Positions 10,130-19,991 of a stretch of DNA of 64,000 nt are shown here, piece after piece. The notes beneath the pieces are model-generated. The model had not been told where the DNA came from, ran no database searches, and saw nothing but the letters and a program-made list of their open reading frames with translations. Position 1 is the first letter of the stretch. Each line of letters opens with the position of its first letter. The translations under genes and the position numbers were made by a program. The DNA is taken from the NCBI GenBank assembly GCA_031441465.1, contig JANOEP010000011.1, forward strand, positions 74,557 through 138,556, in the 5' to 3' direction. This DNA is from a bacterium. Lineage in GTDB: Bacteria; Krumholzibacteriota; Krumholzibacteriia; LZORAL124-64-63.

Positions 10130-10150
10130 CGTCCGTCGCCGGCGGTCCGG

Positions 10151-12499
10151 TCAGGAACCGGCGGCCGCGCCGAGCATGCGCTGCAGCTCCGCCATGCGCG
10201 CCTCGTGGTCCCGCGCGAAGCGGATCACGCCCGCGGCCAGGCTCGCGGTGTCGATCCTCGCGTCCTCGCAGACGTCGTCCAGGGCGCCGCCCACGCGCCA
10301 TTCGTCGTCCCAGTCGCTGCACATCGCGTAGCGGCGGGCCAGCGGGTTGAAGTCCCAGTCGTGCATGAGGCGCCGGGCCCGGTTGGTCACGAAGGTGCTG
10401 TTCATCCGGTCGGCCCCGGTGATGGTCCGCTCGCGGTAGGCCTCGTCCTGCAAGGCGAACAGTTGCGGGCACGGGACGGCCACCAGCTTGATGTTCACGC
10501 CGGCCTTGTCGATCTCGGGCAGGGCGCGGATGAGGTTGTAGGTCGACATCGTGCCCTGCACGAAGAAGCAGCCCTGCCGGGGCCGGCCCTCCCGGTAATC
10601 GCGCAGGATGTAGGCGCCGCGCGCCGCTTCGAGGTGCGAGGCGAGACCCAGCGCCCGGCGGTCCACCGTCTCGATGGAGGGGCGGGTGAGGTGCAGCGCG
10701 ACGATGGGCGCGTCGGTGAGCAAGGCCGCCGCCAGCAGCACCGGCACCTCGTTGAACTCGTAGGGGTGCAGGTCCATGACCTTGCCGTCGGGGAAGAGTT
10801 GCGTCACGCCGGGCGAGTAGACGCCGAAATGGGTCCGCGAATCCTCGGCCGTCTCGGGCCCGCTGTGGCCGGCGATCCAGATCGTCTTGCCGATCTTCAG
10901 CTCGCAGTCCGCCGCCAGCTGGCTGTACAGGCGCATGGGGCCGTACTTCAGGTAGCTGAACGCGCCGTAGGTGGAGCAGGCGGTGTAGAAACCGTTGAAC
11001 TCCTGTTCGGGCCGGTCGCTGAAGTTGACGCTGGCCGCGCCGACGCACAGGCTCGCGTTCTGGAACTCGGTGATCTCCTGGGGCAGGACCACGCCCTCGG
11101 GCGCCGAGTCCCGCTCGTACCAGCCGTAGTTCGGTTTGTCCTCGTAGCTCTCGCCGAAGCCCGCGATGTTGGTCGAGCCGGCGAGGTCCGCCGAGCAGAC
11201 CAGGAACAGGGGCCGGCCGTACTTCTCGCGGCAGGTGGCGTTGATCCAGCTGCCCCAGCGCGACAGCGCGGCGCGGTTGGGCTGGTTCTCGCCGGGCTTG
11301 GCCCACATCCCCGCCGGGTACTGGGCGACGTCGAACAGGGCCGGGTCCCGCAGCGGGTTCTGCGTTATGGGGATCCGGAAGCCCTTCAGCTCGGCGGGCA
11401 CGCTGTCGCCCAGCTCGACCAGACGGTCGGCGAGCCAGGCCACGGTGGCGTCGTTCTGGCGCAAGGCGTCGAGGGCGACGTTCAGGTTCGCCGCGAACTG
11501 CTCGCGCAGGGCGGTCTTGTCCTTGGGCGCCGGCTGGTCCTGGCCGGCCCAGGTCACGCCGTACTTCTGGGCGAAATCCGCGCGGCACTGCCAGAACAGA
11601 TCGCTGTTGAGGGCGTGGGGCGAGCCGTGGCTCTTGTTGTCGAACTTGTGATAGCCGCGCCCCTTGCGGGTCCGGCCCCACGTCATGCCCGGCCGCTGCC
11701 GCGGGTTGTCGCCTTCGACCATCTCCAGGATGGCGCGCGTGACGTCGGTCCAGTCGCTGCCGTCGGGCGCCTCGTGGGTGTGCCAGCCGTAGGGGGCGAA
11801 CCAGTCCTGCGGCGAACCGTGGACCACCGAGGAGATCTTCTGGTCGTCGATGCCGTAGTCGTTCCAGTCCACCAGCACGAACATGTTGTCCAGGCCCAGG
11901 CCGTAGCCGGTGTTCTTCATCTCGTGCCAGCAACCGGCGGTCAGGCCGCCCTCGCCCTCGATGCCGAAGACCTTGACCCCGTCGGCACCGGCGCGCTTGA
12001 GCGCCAGGGCCTCGCCGCACATCACCGGGCCGCCGTGGCCGCTCGGTCCCGTGTTGAACTTCACGAACAGGTTGTTGCCGGCCATCTCGACGTGTCCCGG
12101 CAGCCCGCCGTGATTGCGGAACTCCAGGAGGTTCTCCCAGGTCAGCTGGCGCTCCGGCGCGCCCGGCACCAGGTACTTCGGGTCGCCGGTGCGGCGGTGC
12201 ATCTCGCGCAGGGCTTCGTTCAAGACGGCCATGGTGCCGTAGACCAGCGGCGCGGTGTGGCCGGCCACCAGGATGAACCGGTCGCCGAAGCGCTTGCCGG
12301 GGTTGCGGATGTCCCAGCGCATGGCGCCGCCGAGCAGCAGGCTGACGAACATGTGGACCTTCGAGCGGCTGCCACCGGGGTGCCCGCTCTGGCGGTAGTT
12401 CAGCATGAGGTCGATCTGCTGATCGATGACGTCCTTGATCAGTTCCCAGTGCCGGAAATTCGGCTGCTGGGCCTGGAAGAGATGGTCGACCTTGGACAC
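10151..12499 (-). CDS. Transketolase-like ThDP-dependent enzyme (divergent)
   Basis: SGHPGGS, DRFILVAGH, LPGH, TGPSGHG, SADLAGS, EDSRTH; GTG start after AGGAG. Confidence 0.85.
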   Translation of the reverse strand: MSKVDHLFQAQQPNFRHWELIKDVIDQQIDLMLNYRQSGHPGGSRSKVHMFVSLLLGGAMRWDIRNPGKRFGDRFILVAGHTAPLVYGTMAVLNEALREMHRRTGDPKYLVPGAPERQLTWENLLEFRNHGGLPGHVEMAGNNLFVKFNTGPSGHGGPVMCGEALALKRAGADGVKVFGIEGEGGLTAGCWHEMKNTGYGLGLDNMFVLVDWNDYGIDDQKISSVVHGSPQDWFAPYGWHTHEAPDGSDWTDVTRAILEMVEGDNPRQRPGMTWGRTRKGRGYHKFDNKSHGSPHALNSDLFWQCRADFAQKYGVTWAGQDQPAPKDKTALREQFAANLNVALDALRQNDATVAWLADRLVELGDSVPAELKGFRIPITQNPLRDPALFDVAQYPAGMWAKPGENQPNRAALSRWGSWINATCREKYGRPLFLVCSADLAGSTNIAGFGESYEDKPNYGWYERDSAPEGVVLPQEITEFQNASLCVGAASVNFSDRPEQEFNGFYTACSTYGAFSYLKYGPMRLYSQLAADCELKIGKTIWIAGHSGPETAEDSRTHFGVYSPGVTQLFPDGKVMDLHPYEFNEVPVLLAAALLTDAPIVALHLTRPSIETVDRRALGLASHLEAARGAYILRDYREGRPRQGCFFVQGTMSTYNLIRALPEIDKAGVNIKLVAVPCPQLFALQDEAYRERTITGADRMNSTFVTNRARRLMHDWDFNPLARRYAMCSDWDDEWRVGGALDDVCEDARIDTASLAAGVIRFARDHEARMAELQRMLGAAAGS

Positions 12500-12617
12500 G
12501 CTGGTCTCCTCTCGGGACTGGTCCGGCGGGGTGCGCGGGTCGCCGCAGGGTAGGGGCGGTGTCGGAAATTTGCCAGTCGCCCGCGACCTCTGCAAGGGAA
12601 TTCGGCCGCAGCCGGGT

Positions 12618-13202
12618 TCAGGCGCAGGGGTGACCCAGGTGGTAGGTCTGCAGGATGGCGGCCGCCGCCCGCGCGTCGTCGACGGCCCGGTGCAGCTCGA
12701 AACCCCCGCAGATGCCCATCTTCTCGAGGATCGATTCGAGGTTCTGGCCGCTGGTGCGGTGGTGGTTCGCGGCCAGCCAGGCGGTCGCCACGGCCCGGAT
12801 GTCGAAGGCGCCGCCGGCGATGTGCGTGCGGTAATCCAGGCCGCAGGCCTCGCACTCCCGCCGCAGCAGCGGGATGTCGTAGTAGACGCCGAAGGCGGCG
12901 ATCATCGAGCGGTTGCGCGGTCCGTACCAGTCCAGGAAACGCCGGCCGACGACCGCGAAATCCGGGCGGTCGGCGACCATTTCCGGCGTGATCGAGGTCA
13001 GGCGCGTGATGAAGGGGGTGACCGGGTATTCCCGGGGCCGGACCAGCTCGCTGAAGACGTCGACGGTCTCGAGACTGCGGCGGTCCAGGCGGACGGCGCC
13101 GATCTCGATGATGTTGCTGCGCTCGACGGTGTTGTCGCCCTCGTCGGATTCGGGACAGGTGGCCTCGAGGTCGATCACGACGATGTCGGCGGAGTAGCGC
13201 AA
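12618..13202 (-). CDS. DEDDh 3'-5' exonuclease (ERI1/KapD-like)
   Basis: VIDLEATC, IIEIGAV, YDIPLL, HRAVDDA; TTG start after GGAGG. Confidence 0.88.
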   Translation of the reverse strand: MRYSADIVVIDLEATCPESDEGDNTVERSNIIEIGAVRLDRRSLETVDVFSELVRPREYPVTPFITRLTSITPEMVADRPDFAVVGRRFLDWYGPRNRSMIAAFGVYYDIPLLRRECEACGLDYRTHIAGGAFDIRAVATAWLAANHHRTSGQNLESILEKMGICGGFELHRAVDDARAAAAILQTYHLGHPCA

Positions 13203-13310
13203 GATTCCCTCCGGGATGCGGGCACGCGGCGGCCGCCACCGTAGCACGGCCGCGCCCGTCGCGCCAAGTCCGCGATTGACGGCGGATGGCGAGCGATTAC
13301 TGTAGACCGC

Positions 13311-15212
13311 ATGCAGACCTACCTGCGCGTCTTGCGACTCGTGCGCCCGTACCTGCCTCAGGTGCTGGTGTCGATGACCTTCATGGCCGTCTTCTCGTTG
13401 CTGAGCGGCCTGAGCATCGTCATGCTCGCCCCCTTCCTCGACGCCCTGTTCGCCCCCGAGAACGCCACCTTCGTCGCCGCGCCGCCCCCCGTGGCGACGA
13501 CCGCGCCGGCCGACACCCTCGCCGCCGCCGTCGCCGACCTCGGCGGGCGGGTGCAGCAGTTGCAGGACTCCTTCTCCATGAGCGGCCTGCGCGACCGGTT
13601 GCAGGGCGCGCTGAACGGCTGGCTGCTGCGCGGCTCGAAGGCAGAGTCCCTGTGGCGCATCGTGGTGGTGTTCTTCTGCCTGATGCTGCTGAAGAACGTC
13701 GCCGGCTACCTGCAGGCCGTGTTCACCGACTACGTCCAGCTCAGCCTGATCCGGGACCTGCGCAACCGCCTCTACGAGCGCTTCACCGAGCTGCCGCTGG
13801 CGTTCTACCACCGGCACCGCGCCGGCGAGCTGATCAGCCGCGCCACCAACGACGTCCTGGTCGTCAACCGCAGCGTCAACGTCAGCTTCACCAACACGGC
13901 GCGCGATCCGCTGCTGGTCGTGATGTACCTGGGATTGGCCGTGCTGCTGAGCTGGAAGCTGACCCTGGTGGCGCTGGTCCTGCTGCCGCTGAGCCTGGTG
14001 ATCATCGTGCGCATCGGCAAGACCCTGCGGCGGTACAGCCGGCGCCAGCAGGAGAAGATGGCCGTGCTGACCTCGCGCCTGCAGGAGACCATCGCGGGCA
14101 TCCGGGTCGTCAAGGCCTTCACCAACGAGCCGGCCGAGAACGCCCGCTTCCGCGCCGAGTCGCAGATGCTGTTCCGCGACCTGTTCAAGATCGCCCGCGC
14201 GCAGCAGATCTCGTCGCCCCTGACCGAGCAGCTCTCGGTGCTGGTCGGCCTGTTCATCCTCTGGTACGGCGGCCGGCAGGTCCTGGCCGGCGGCGAGCTG
14301 CCGCCCCAGCTGTTCATGCTGTTCCTGTTCTGCATCTTCTCCCTGGGCAAGCCCATCAAGGCGCTCAGCCAGGTCAACAACGCCGTCCAGGAGGGTATCG
14401 CCGCCGCCGAGCGCGTGTTCGCGATCCTGGACGAACCCCAGACGGTGGTCGAGAAGCCGGACGCGCTCGTGCTGGACGCGGTGCGCGGCGAGGTGGAGCT
14501 GCGCGGGGTGCGCTTCAGCTACGACACCGGCGAGGAGGTCCTGCGCGGCGTGGACCTGCACGTGCGGCCGGGGGAGGTGGTGGCCCTGGTCGGCCCCAGC
14601 GGGGCGGGCAAGTCGACGCTGATCGACCTGATCCCGCGGTTCTACGAGGCCACGGCGGGCGCCGTGCTGGTCGACGGCCACGACGTGCGCGACGTGACCC
14701 TGGCCTCGCTGCGCGGCGCCATGGGTCTGGTGACGCAGGAAGTCATCCTGTTCAACGACTCCGTGCGCAACAACATCGCCTACGGCATGGCCTCGGCGCG
14801 GCAGGAGGAGATCGAGGCGGCGGCGAGCGCGGCCAACGCCCTGGACTTCATCCAGCAGCTGCCCCGGGGTTTCGACACGGTCATCGGCGACCGGGGCCTC
14901 AAGCTCTCCGGCGGGCAGCGGCAACGGCTCTCGATCGCCCGGGCCATCCTGAAGAACCCGCCGATCCTGATTCTCGACGAGGCGACCAGCGCGCTGGACA
15001 CCGAGAGCGAGCTGCTGGTCCAGCAGGCCATCGACCGTCTGGTGCGCAACCGCACGACCATCGTCATCGCCCACCGGCTCAGCACCATCCAGAACGCCGA
15101 TCGCATCTGCGTGCTCCAGGCGGGCCGCATCGTCCAGATGGGCTCCCACGTAGAGCTCCTGGCCCGCGGCGGCCCCTACCGCCAACTGCACGACCTCCAG
15201 TTCCGGGCCTGA
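13311..15212 (+). CDS. ABC exporter, fused permease/ATPase (MsbA-like)
   Basis: TMD followed by GPSGAGKS, LSGGQRQR, ILDEATSALD, IAHRLST. Confidence 0.93.
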   Translation: MQTYLRVLRLVRPYLPQVLVSMTFMAVFSLLSGLSIVMLAPFLDALFAPENATFVAAPPPVATTAPADTLAAAVADLGGRVQQLQDSFSMSGLRDRLQGALNGWLLRGSKAESLWRIVVVFFCLMLLKNVAGYLQAVFTDYVQLSLIRDLRNRLYERFTELPLAFYHRHRAGELISRATNDVLVVNRSVNVSFTNTARDPLLVVMYLGLAVLLSWKLTLVALVLLPLSLVIIVRIGKTLRRYSRRQQEKMAVLTSRLQETIAGIRVVKAFTNEPAENARFRAESQMLFRDLFKIARAQQISSPLTEQLSVLVGLFILWYGGRQVLAGGELPPQLFMLFLFCIFSLGKPIKALSQVNNAVQEGIAAAERVFAILDEPQTVVEKPDALVLDAVRGEVELRGVRFSYDTGEEVLRGVDLHVRPGEVVALVGPSGAGKSTLIDLIPRFYEATAGAVLVDGHDVRDVTLASLRGAMGLVTQEVILFNDSVRNNIAYGMASARQEEIEAAASAANALDFIQQLPRGFDTVIGDRGLKLSGGQRQRLSIARAILKNPPILILDEATSALDTESELLVQQAIDRLVRNRTTIVIAHRLSTIQNADRICVLQAGRIVQMGSHVELLARGGPYRQLHDLQFRA

Positions 15213-15294
15213 GTTTCCGGATTCCCGTGCAACTCCGGGCCGCGCGGCTGCGTAGCTACGCCACCGATCCAACGCCGCACCCGGAGGTTGAGCC

Positions 15295-15861
15295 ATGACC
15301 AGGACCCTACGACCCACCCTGTTCCTGATCGCCCTGCTGCTCGCCGCCCTCGCCGCGCTGCCCGCGGCGGCCCGCGACCGCGAGCGCGTCGTCACCGTCA
15401 TCGACGAGGACGGCGAGACCTTCGTCTGCCGCTTCGAGGATGGCCAGGGCCTGCGCATCTTCGACAAGTCCTCGGGCGAGGAGGTCTTCGCCTTCGACGT
15501 CGCCGAGTTCGAGGCGACGCTCGGCGACGCGATGAAGGAGGTGCAGGCGGTGATGGCCGACCTGGACCTGGACATCCGGGCCACGTCCGGCGGCGACCAC
15601 GTGGTCTTCGCCTGCGACGGCGAGACGGTCGAACTGGACCTCGAGGCCGCCATGGAGGGGGTCTTCACGACCCTGGCCGCGCTCGACGACATCGACATCG
15701 ACGTCGGCGAGATCGTCCGCGAGGCCGGGGAAGAGCACGCTCACCGTCACGACGGCGCGGGCGGCGAGATGGGTTCCCTGCAGGAGGAGCTCGACCAGCT
15801 GCGCCGCGAGATCCGGGAGTTGAAGCAGGAGATGCAGCAGGAGCGGGACAGGTCCCGCTAG
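15295..15861 (+). CDS. Secreted acidic hypothetical protein with C-terminal coiled coil
   Basis: Signal peptide, GGAGG RBS, genome-typical codon usage. Confidence 0.7.
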   Translation: MTRTLRPTLFLIALLLAALAALPAAARDRERVVTVIDEDGETFVCRFEDGQGLRIFDKSSGEEVFAFDVAEFEATLGDAMKEVQAVMADLDLDIRATSGGDHVVFACDGETVELDLEAAMEGVFTTLAALDDIDIDVGEIVREAGEEHAHRHDGAGGEMGSLQEELDQLRREIRELKQEMQQERDRSR

Positions 15862-16559
15862 ACGGCGCCGTCGCGGTCGTCCAGCGGCAGCGTCAGCCAA
15901 CCCAGCGGGCCGTCGACCGTCCAGTCGGCGGCCCGCAGTTCTGCCGTCGTCCCGAAGCCGTAGAGGCAGCCGACCGTCCGCGCCCCGGCCGCCCGCCCGG
16001 CGTCGAGATCGCTGGCGCGGTCCCCGACGACCACCGTGCGCGACGGGTCGGCGGCCAGGACGCGCACCATGCCGGTCTTGTCGGTGGCCAGGCCCTGTGC
16101 CTCGGCTTCCCCGATGCAGAGCGAGCGCGCGAAGAAGCGGTCCAGGCCGTGAGCGGCGACGATCCCCCGGAAGTAGGGCGCGTCGGCGTTGGAGAACAGC
16201 AGCAATTCGTGGCCGCGGTCCCTCAGCCCGCCGAGGGCGGCTTCGACGCCGTCGTAGAGGGCGGTGCCGCCCGCCCGGATCGCGACGATTTCCTCTTCCG
16301 AAGTGAAGCGGGCGTACGCCGCCGCGAACTCGGCGCGCCGCGGGCCGGGCACCGTCCGCGGCGGGAAGGCCCGGGCAAAGTACTCCCGGCCGGGCAGGCC
16401 CATGCAGTCCTCGATCAGGCCGAGGTCCGGTGCGGCCGGCGGCAGGCCGCAGTGGGCGTAGGCGCGCCCGAGCGCCGCGGCCACGGCGCCGACGACGGCG
16501 CGCCGGCTGTCCAGCAGAGTCCCGTCCATGTCGAACAGGAAGGCGTAGGGGACCGTCAC
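15858..16559 (-). CDS. HAD-family hydrolase
   Basis: FDMDGTLLDS, FSN, VVGDRASD motifs. Confidence 0.9.
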   Translation of the reverse strand: MTVPYAFLFDMDGTLLDSRRAVVGAVAAALGRAYAHCGLPPAAPDLGLIEDCMGLPGREYFARAFPPRTVPGPRRAEFAAAYARFTSEEEIVAIRAGGTALYDGVEAALGGLRDRGHELLLFSNADAPYFRGIVAAHGLDRFFARSLCIGEAEAQGLATDKTGMVRVLAADPSRTVVVGDRASDLDAGRAAGARTVGCLYGFGTTAELRAADWTVDGPLGWLTLPLDDRDGAV

Positions 16560-16787
16560 TCAGCCACGCTCCCTCAGCAGCCGGGCCACCTCGCCCGGTT
16601 CGGCGTGACGTCCGGTCTCCCGCTTGGAATAGACGAGGTCGCCGTCGGCGACGACCTCGAAGACGCCGCCGCTGGAGGGGATCATCTCGGCCGCGATCCC
16701 GAACTCCCGCGCCAGCTCCGCCGCCAGACCGGCGGCGATGGGGTCGTAGTTTCAGGTCCGGCAGAACTCGATGCTCAGCTTCTTCAC
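16560..16787 (-). CDS. SelT/SelW/SelH (Rdx) family selenoprotein, UGA read as Sec
   Basis: GTG after GGAGG. Translation MKKLSIEFCRT-U-NYDPIAAGLAAELAREFGIAAEMIPSSGGVFEVVADGDLVYSKRETGRHAEPGEVARLLRERG. In-frame TGA at 16752-16754 forms CxxU; the Rdx GxFEV..G.L..SK motif lies downstream. Confidence 0.9.
16719..16737 (-). promoter_or_regulatory. Candidate bacterial SECIS element
   Basis: Hairpin CGCCGCC-GGUCU-GGCGGCG starting 14 nt after the in-frame UGA. Confidence 0.7.
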
Positions 16788-16801
16788 GGTTGGCCTCCGG
16801 T

Positions 16802-17974
16802 TCAGAACTCGATCAGCAGCTTCGGCCACTGGGCGAGCTTCGCTGAAAACGCGTCGGGCTTGAAGTCGTCGATGTGCACGAGGGTCTCGTGGCCGCCGGC
16901 GAGGATGTCCTCGAGGATGTGCTTCTGGATGCCGTTGCTGCGGTCCTCGAGCAGGTTGCGCGTGATGTGCCAGGTCTCGAAGATGCGCCGGCCGACGACG
17001 CTGCGCAGGGTCAGGCCGTTGACGATCATGCGGTCGAGGTCCTGGATGTGGAAGTTGCCCTGCTTCAGGCCGAACAGCACGACCTCGCCGCCGCGGCGCG
17101 TCGACTGGATCGCGTTGTTGACGCTGCTGTTGAAGCCGGCCATCTCCAGCGAGACGTCCGCGCCGATGCCGCGCGAGGCTTCGCGCACGGCCCGCACGAC
17201 GTCCTTGTCGGCGGCCCAGCCGTGGGCGGCCGCCTTCGCCGCGTCGAACCCGATCACCTCGTCGGCGCCCAGCGACAGGGCCAGCTCGCGGTTTTTGGCG
17301 ACCGGCTCGACGCCGATGACGCGCGTGGCGCCCAGGGCCTTGGCGATCATGATCACGAACAGGCCGATCGTGCCGCAGCCGAACACGGCGACCGTCTTGC
17401 CCCGCAGGTCGGCCGCGGTGCAGGCGTGCACGGCGTTGCCGAAGGGCTCCTGCACGGCGGCCACCTTCAGCTTGATCTTGCGGCGGTCGGTGGGCCACAG
17501 CACGCCGGCGGGCAGCTTGATGTACTCGGCGAAGCAGCCGTCGCGGCTGATGCCGATGATCTGGTCGCGGGCGCAGATGTGGGTCTGGCCGATCTGGCAC
17601 TGGTAGCACGTGCCGCAGATGATGTGCGACTCGGTCGAGACGAGGTCCTTGGGGCGGTAGCCGTGGCGCGCCTGCACGCGCGAGCCCGTCTCGACGATCT
17701 CGCCGATCATCTCGTGGCCGATGATGCGGGTGGTCGCGTTTTCGCGCTTGAGGCTCTCGAAGATGTGGCCCTTGAAGGCCGTGCGGTGCCAGATCCCGCG
17801 GTCGCTGCCGCAGAAGCCGGCGTAGATGACCTTGACGATCACGCGGTCGCCGTCGGACGGGTCGTGCGACTCGTCCAGCTCGGGGCGGGGCATTTCCTGC
17901 TTGATGAAGCCGCGGGTGGTGTCCCACGGCATGGTGGCCTTGTCGTAGACCAGGGCCTTCATCGTCTTCGGCAT
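16802..17974 (-). CDS. tdh: L-threonine 3-dehydrogenase-like Zn-dependent dehydrogenase
   Basis: GFCGSD, IGHE, ESHIICGTCYQC, EPFGNAVH, GCGTIG, GRRIFETW. Confidence 0.75.
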   Translation of the reverse strand: MPKTMKALVYDKATMPWDTTRGFIKQEMPRPELDESHDPSDGDRVIVKVIYAGFCGSDRGIWHRTAFKGHIFESLKRENATTRIIGHEMIGEIVETGSRVQARHGYRPKDLVSTESHIICGTCYQCQIGQTHICARDQIIGISRDGCFAEYIKLPAGVLWPTDRRKIKLKVAAVQEPFGNAVHACTAADLRGKTVAVFGCGTIGLFVIMIAKALGATRVIGVEPVAKNRELALSLGADEVIGFDAAKAAAHGWAADKDVVRAVREASRGIGADVSLEMAGFNSSVNNAIQSTRRGGEVVLFGLKQGNFHIQDLDRMIVNGLTLRSVVGRRIFETWHITRNLLEDRSNGIQKHILEDILAGGHETLVHIDDFKPDAFSAKLAQWPKLLIEF

Positions 17975-18082
17975 GGGGGGGAACCTCCTTGGCGCCCGGA
18001 AAGGCGGCGGCCGTCGCGACCGGCGCCGCCCGGACTCCAAGGTACGCTCCCTTCGCCGCGCGATCAACCGCCGCGGCGGCTT

Positions 18083-19282
18083 TCAGTTGACGGTCTCGTA
18101 ATAGTCGTCCCCGTAGCCCCAGCCGCCCTCCTCGTGGCGGCCGCGGGCGCCGTGCTCCTCCTCCTCGAGCAGGTCGTCGAGGGAGACCAGGTCCGTGGAT
18201 GCCTCGAGGACCTCGTCCTCGCGATCCAGCAACCCGGCGAAGCCCCCGGCGAGGTCGTCGCGGCGCAGATCCTCCAGCAGGCGGGCCGGGGAGCGGGGGC
18301 GCTCGTCGCTGCCGGCGGCCGACGCCAGGGCGGACAGGCGGGGCGCCTCGGCCGCGTGGGGCGTGGCGAGCGCGTGCGGGTCCGGGATCGCGGCGACGAC
18401 GCGGGCGGCGGGTCGCGGGGACGGGGCGGCCGCGTCCCGGCCGCGGCGTAGGCGGCGCACCAGGATCTCGTCCATGAGGTCGAAGTAGGCGCGACTGCCG
18501 CTGGACCGGCGGTCGAAGATCACCGTCGGCCGCCCGTCGACGGCCATCTCGGAGAGGCGCGTGTTGCGCGGGACGGTGGTCTCCAGGAGGCGGTCGCCGT
18601 ACTCCTCGCCCAGCATCGCGGCCACGCGCCGGCTCATCCGCGTGCGGTGGTCGGTCATGGTCAGGAACAGGCCCTCGAGGCCGGCTGCGTCGGGCGACGC
18701 CGCGCTGAACTCCCGGACGTGGTCGAGCAGGCGCGCCAGGGAGTCGCGGCTCAGCTCCTCGGCCTGGACCGGGACCAGGAAGCCGTCGGCCGCCAGCAGC
18801 GAGGCGCGCGTCAAGGCCCCGAAGCCGGGCGGGCAGTCGATCAGGATGGTGTCGTACGACGCGCGCGCGTCGTCCACGGCCGCGACGAACGAGCGGGCCT
18901 GGCTGGTCATCAGGTCCTTGTACTGCTCCTCCTCGGACATCGTCCAGGCATCGGGAGAGACGACCTGCAGCCCGGGCAACACGGTGGCGTGCGCGACGTC
19001 GGTCAGCGGCAGCCCCGTCAACAAGACTTCGCGCAGCCCGCCCCGCAGCTGTTTTGGTCCCAGGCCCAGGCTGCGCGAGAGGCCGCACTGGGGGTCGGTG
19101 CCGATCACCAGCACGCGGTGGCCGTTCAGCGCGAAGCAGGCGCCCAGGTTCACCGTCGAGGTCGTCTTGCCGACGCCCCCCTTCTGGCTGACCAGGGCCA
19201 GCACGCGGGAGGCGGAGTCGTCCCAGGGGCGGACGGCTGCGGTCGCCGACGCTTCGTCGTCGCGGGCGGAGGGGTTCAACAT
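18083..19282 (-). CDS. ParA/Soj-family ATPase with acidic C-terminal extension
   Basis: QKGGVGKTT, DPQ, IDCPP, VPVQAE, VPRNTRLSE; no parB nearby. Confidence 0.88.
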   Translation of the reverse strand: MLNPSARDDEASATAAVRPWDDSASRVLALVSQKGGVGKTTSTVNLGACFALNGHRVLVIGTDPQCGLSRSLGLGPKQLRGGLREVLLTGLPLTDVAHATVLPGLQVVSPDAWTMSEEEQYKDLMTSQARSFVAAVDDARASYDTILIDCPPGFGALTRASLLAADGFLVPVQAEELSRDSLARLLDHVREFSAASPDAAGLEGLFLTMTDHRTRMSRRVAAMLGEEYGDRLLETTVPRNTRLSEMAVDGRPTVIFDRRSSGSRAYFDLMDEILVRRLRRGRDAAAPSPRPAARVVAAIPDPHALATPHAAEAPRLSALASAAGSDERPRSPARLLEDLRRDDLAGGFAGLLDREDEVLEASTDLVSLDDLLEEEEHGARGRHEEGGWGYGDDYYETVN

Positions 19283-19316
19283 CGTGGTTCCTTCTGGTTG
19301 CGAGTCCAAGGATGTT

Positions 19317-19991
19317 TCAGCAGAGGGCGAGCACTTCGTCCACGAGCCTGCCGATGCCGTCGAACACTACGGAAATCCTGTCGGTGACCATGTAGGCCGG
19401 TGTGGTCACGACGCGGTTCACGCCGTCCACCACCACCTCGTCGGCCGCGGCCGGCACGTGCCGGGCGCCCATCGCCTCCAGCGCCGCCGCCTGGCCGGGG
19501 TCGTCGCCGATGGTCAGTTTCACGGGCGGCCGCTCGTCACCCGTGCGGGTCCCCAGGACGCGGGCGACCAGGACCGGGGCGATGCAGGCCGCGCCGATGA
19601 CCTTGCCCGCGCCGTGCATGGCGGCGAGGAACGCGGCCACCGACGGTTCGACCGTGCACGCTGCGCCCTCGGTGGCGAAGGTGCAGAGGTTCTTGGCGAC
19701 GCCGAAGCCGCCCGGCAGCACCACCGCATCGAAATCCTCGACGCACAGGTCCCTCACCTCGGCGACCGGTCCGCGCGCGATGCGCGCCGACTCGACGCGC
19801 ATGTCGCGGGTCTCGCCCGCAGCGGGTTCCCGGCGCAGGTGGTCGATCACGTGCAGTTGCGGTCCCGAGGGGGCGGCGACGGTCACGCGCGCACCGGCCC
19901 GGTCGAGCGCGAGCAGCACGGCCGTGGCCTCGTGGATTTCCGAACCGTCGAACACGCCGGCGCCGCTCAGGATTACCGCCACGCGTTTCAT
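19317..19991 (-). CDS. elbB: Glyoxalase ElbB (DJ-1/PfpI superfamily)
   Basis: GVFDGSEIHEA, ESARIARG, PGGFGVAKNL, CIAP, TTPAYM. Confidence 0.9.
   Translation of the reverse strand: MKRVAVILSGAGVFDGSEIHEATAVLLALDRAGARVTVAAPSGPQLHVIDHLRREPAAGETRDMRVESARIARGPVAEVRDLCVEDFDAVVLPGGFGVAKNLCTFATEGAACTVEPSVAAFLAAMHGAGKVIGAACIAPVLVARVLGTRTGDERPPVKLTIGDDPGQAAALEAMGARHVPAAADEVVVDGVNRVVTTPAYMVTDRISVVFDGIGRLVDEVLALC

Noticed and set aside
12618..15698. 1026-aa ORF suggesting a large exonuclease fusion
   Set aside because: Only the last 194 aa carry DEDDh motifs with their own RBS; the rest is antisense to the ABC exporter.
16752..16754. Nonsense mutation making the Rdx gene a pseudogene
   Set aside because: The TGA falls exactly at the CxxU position with a SECIS-like hairpin and an intact downstream frame.
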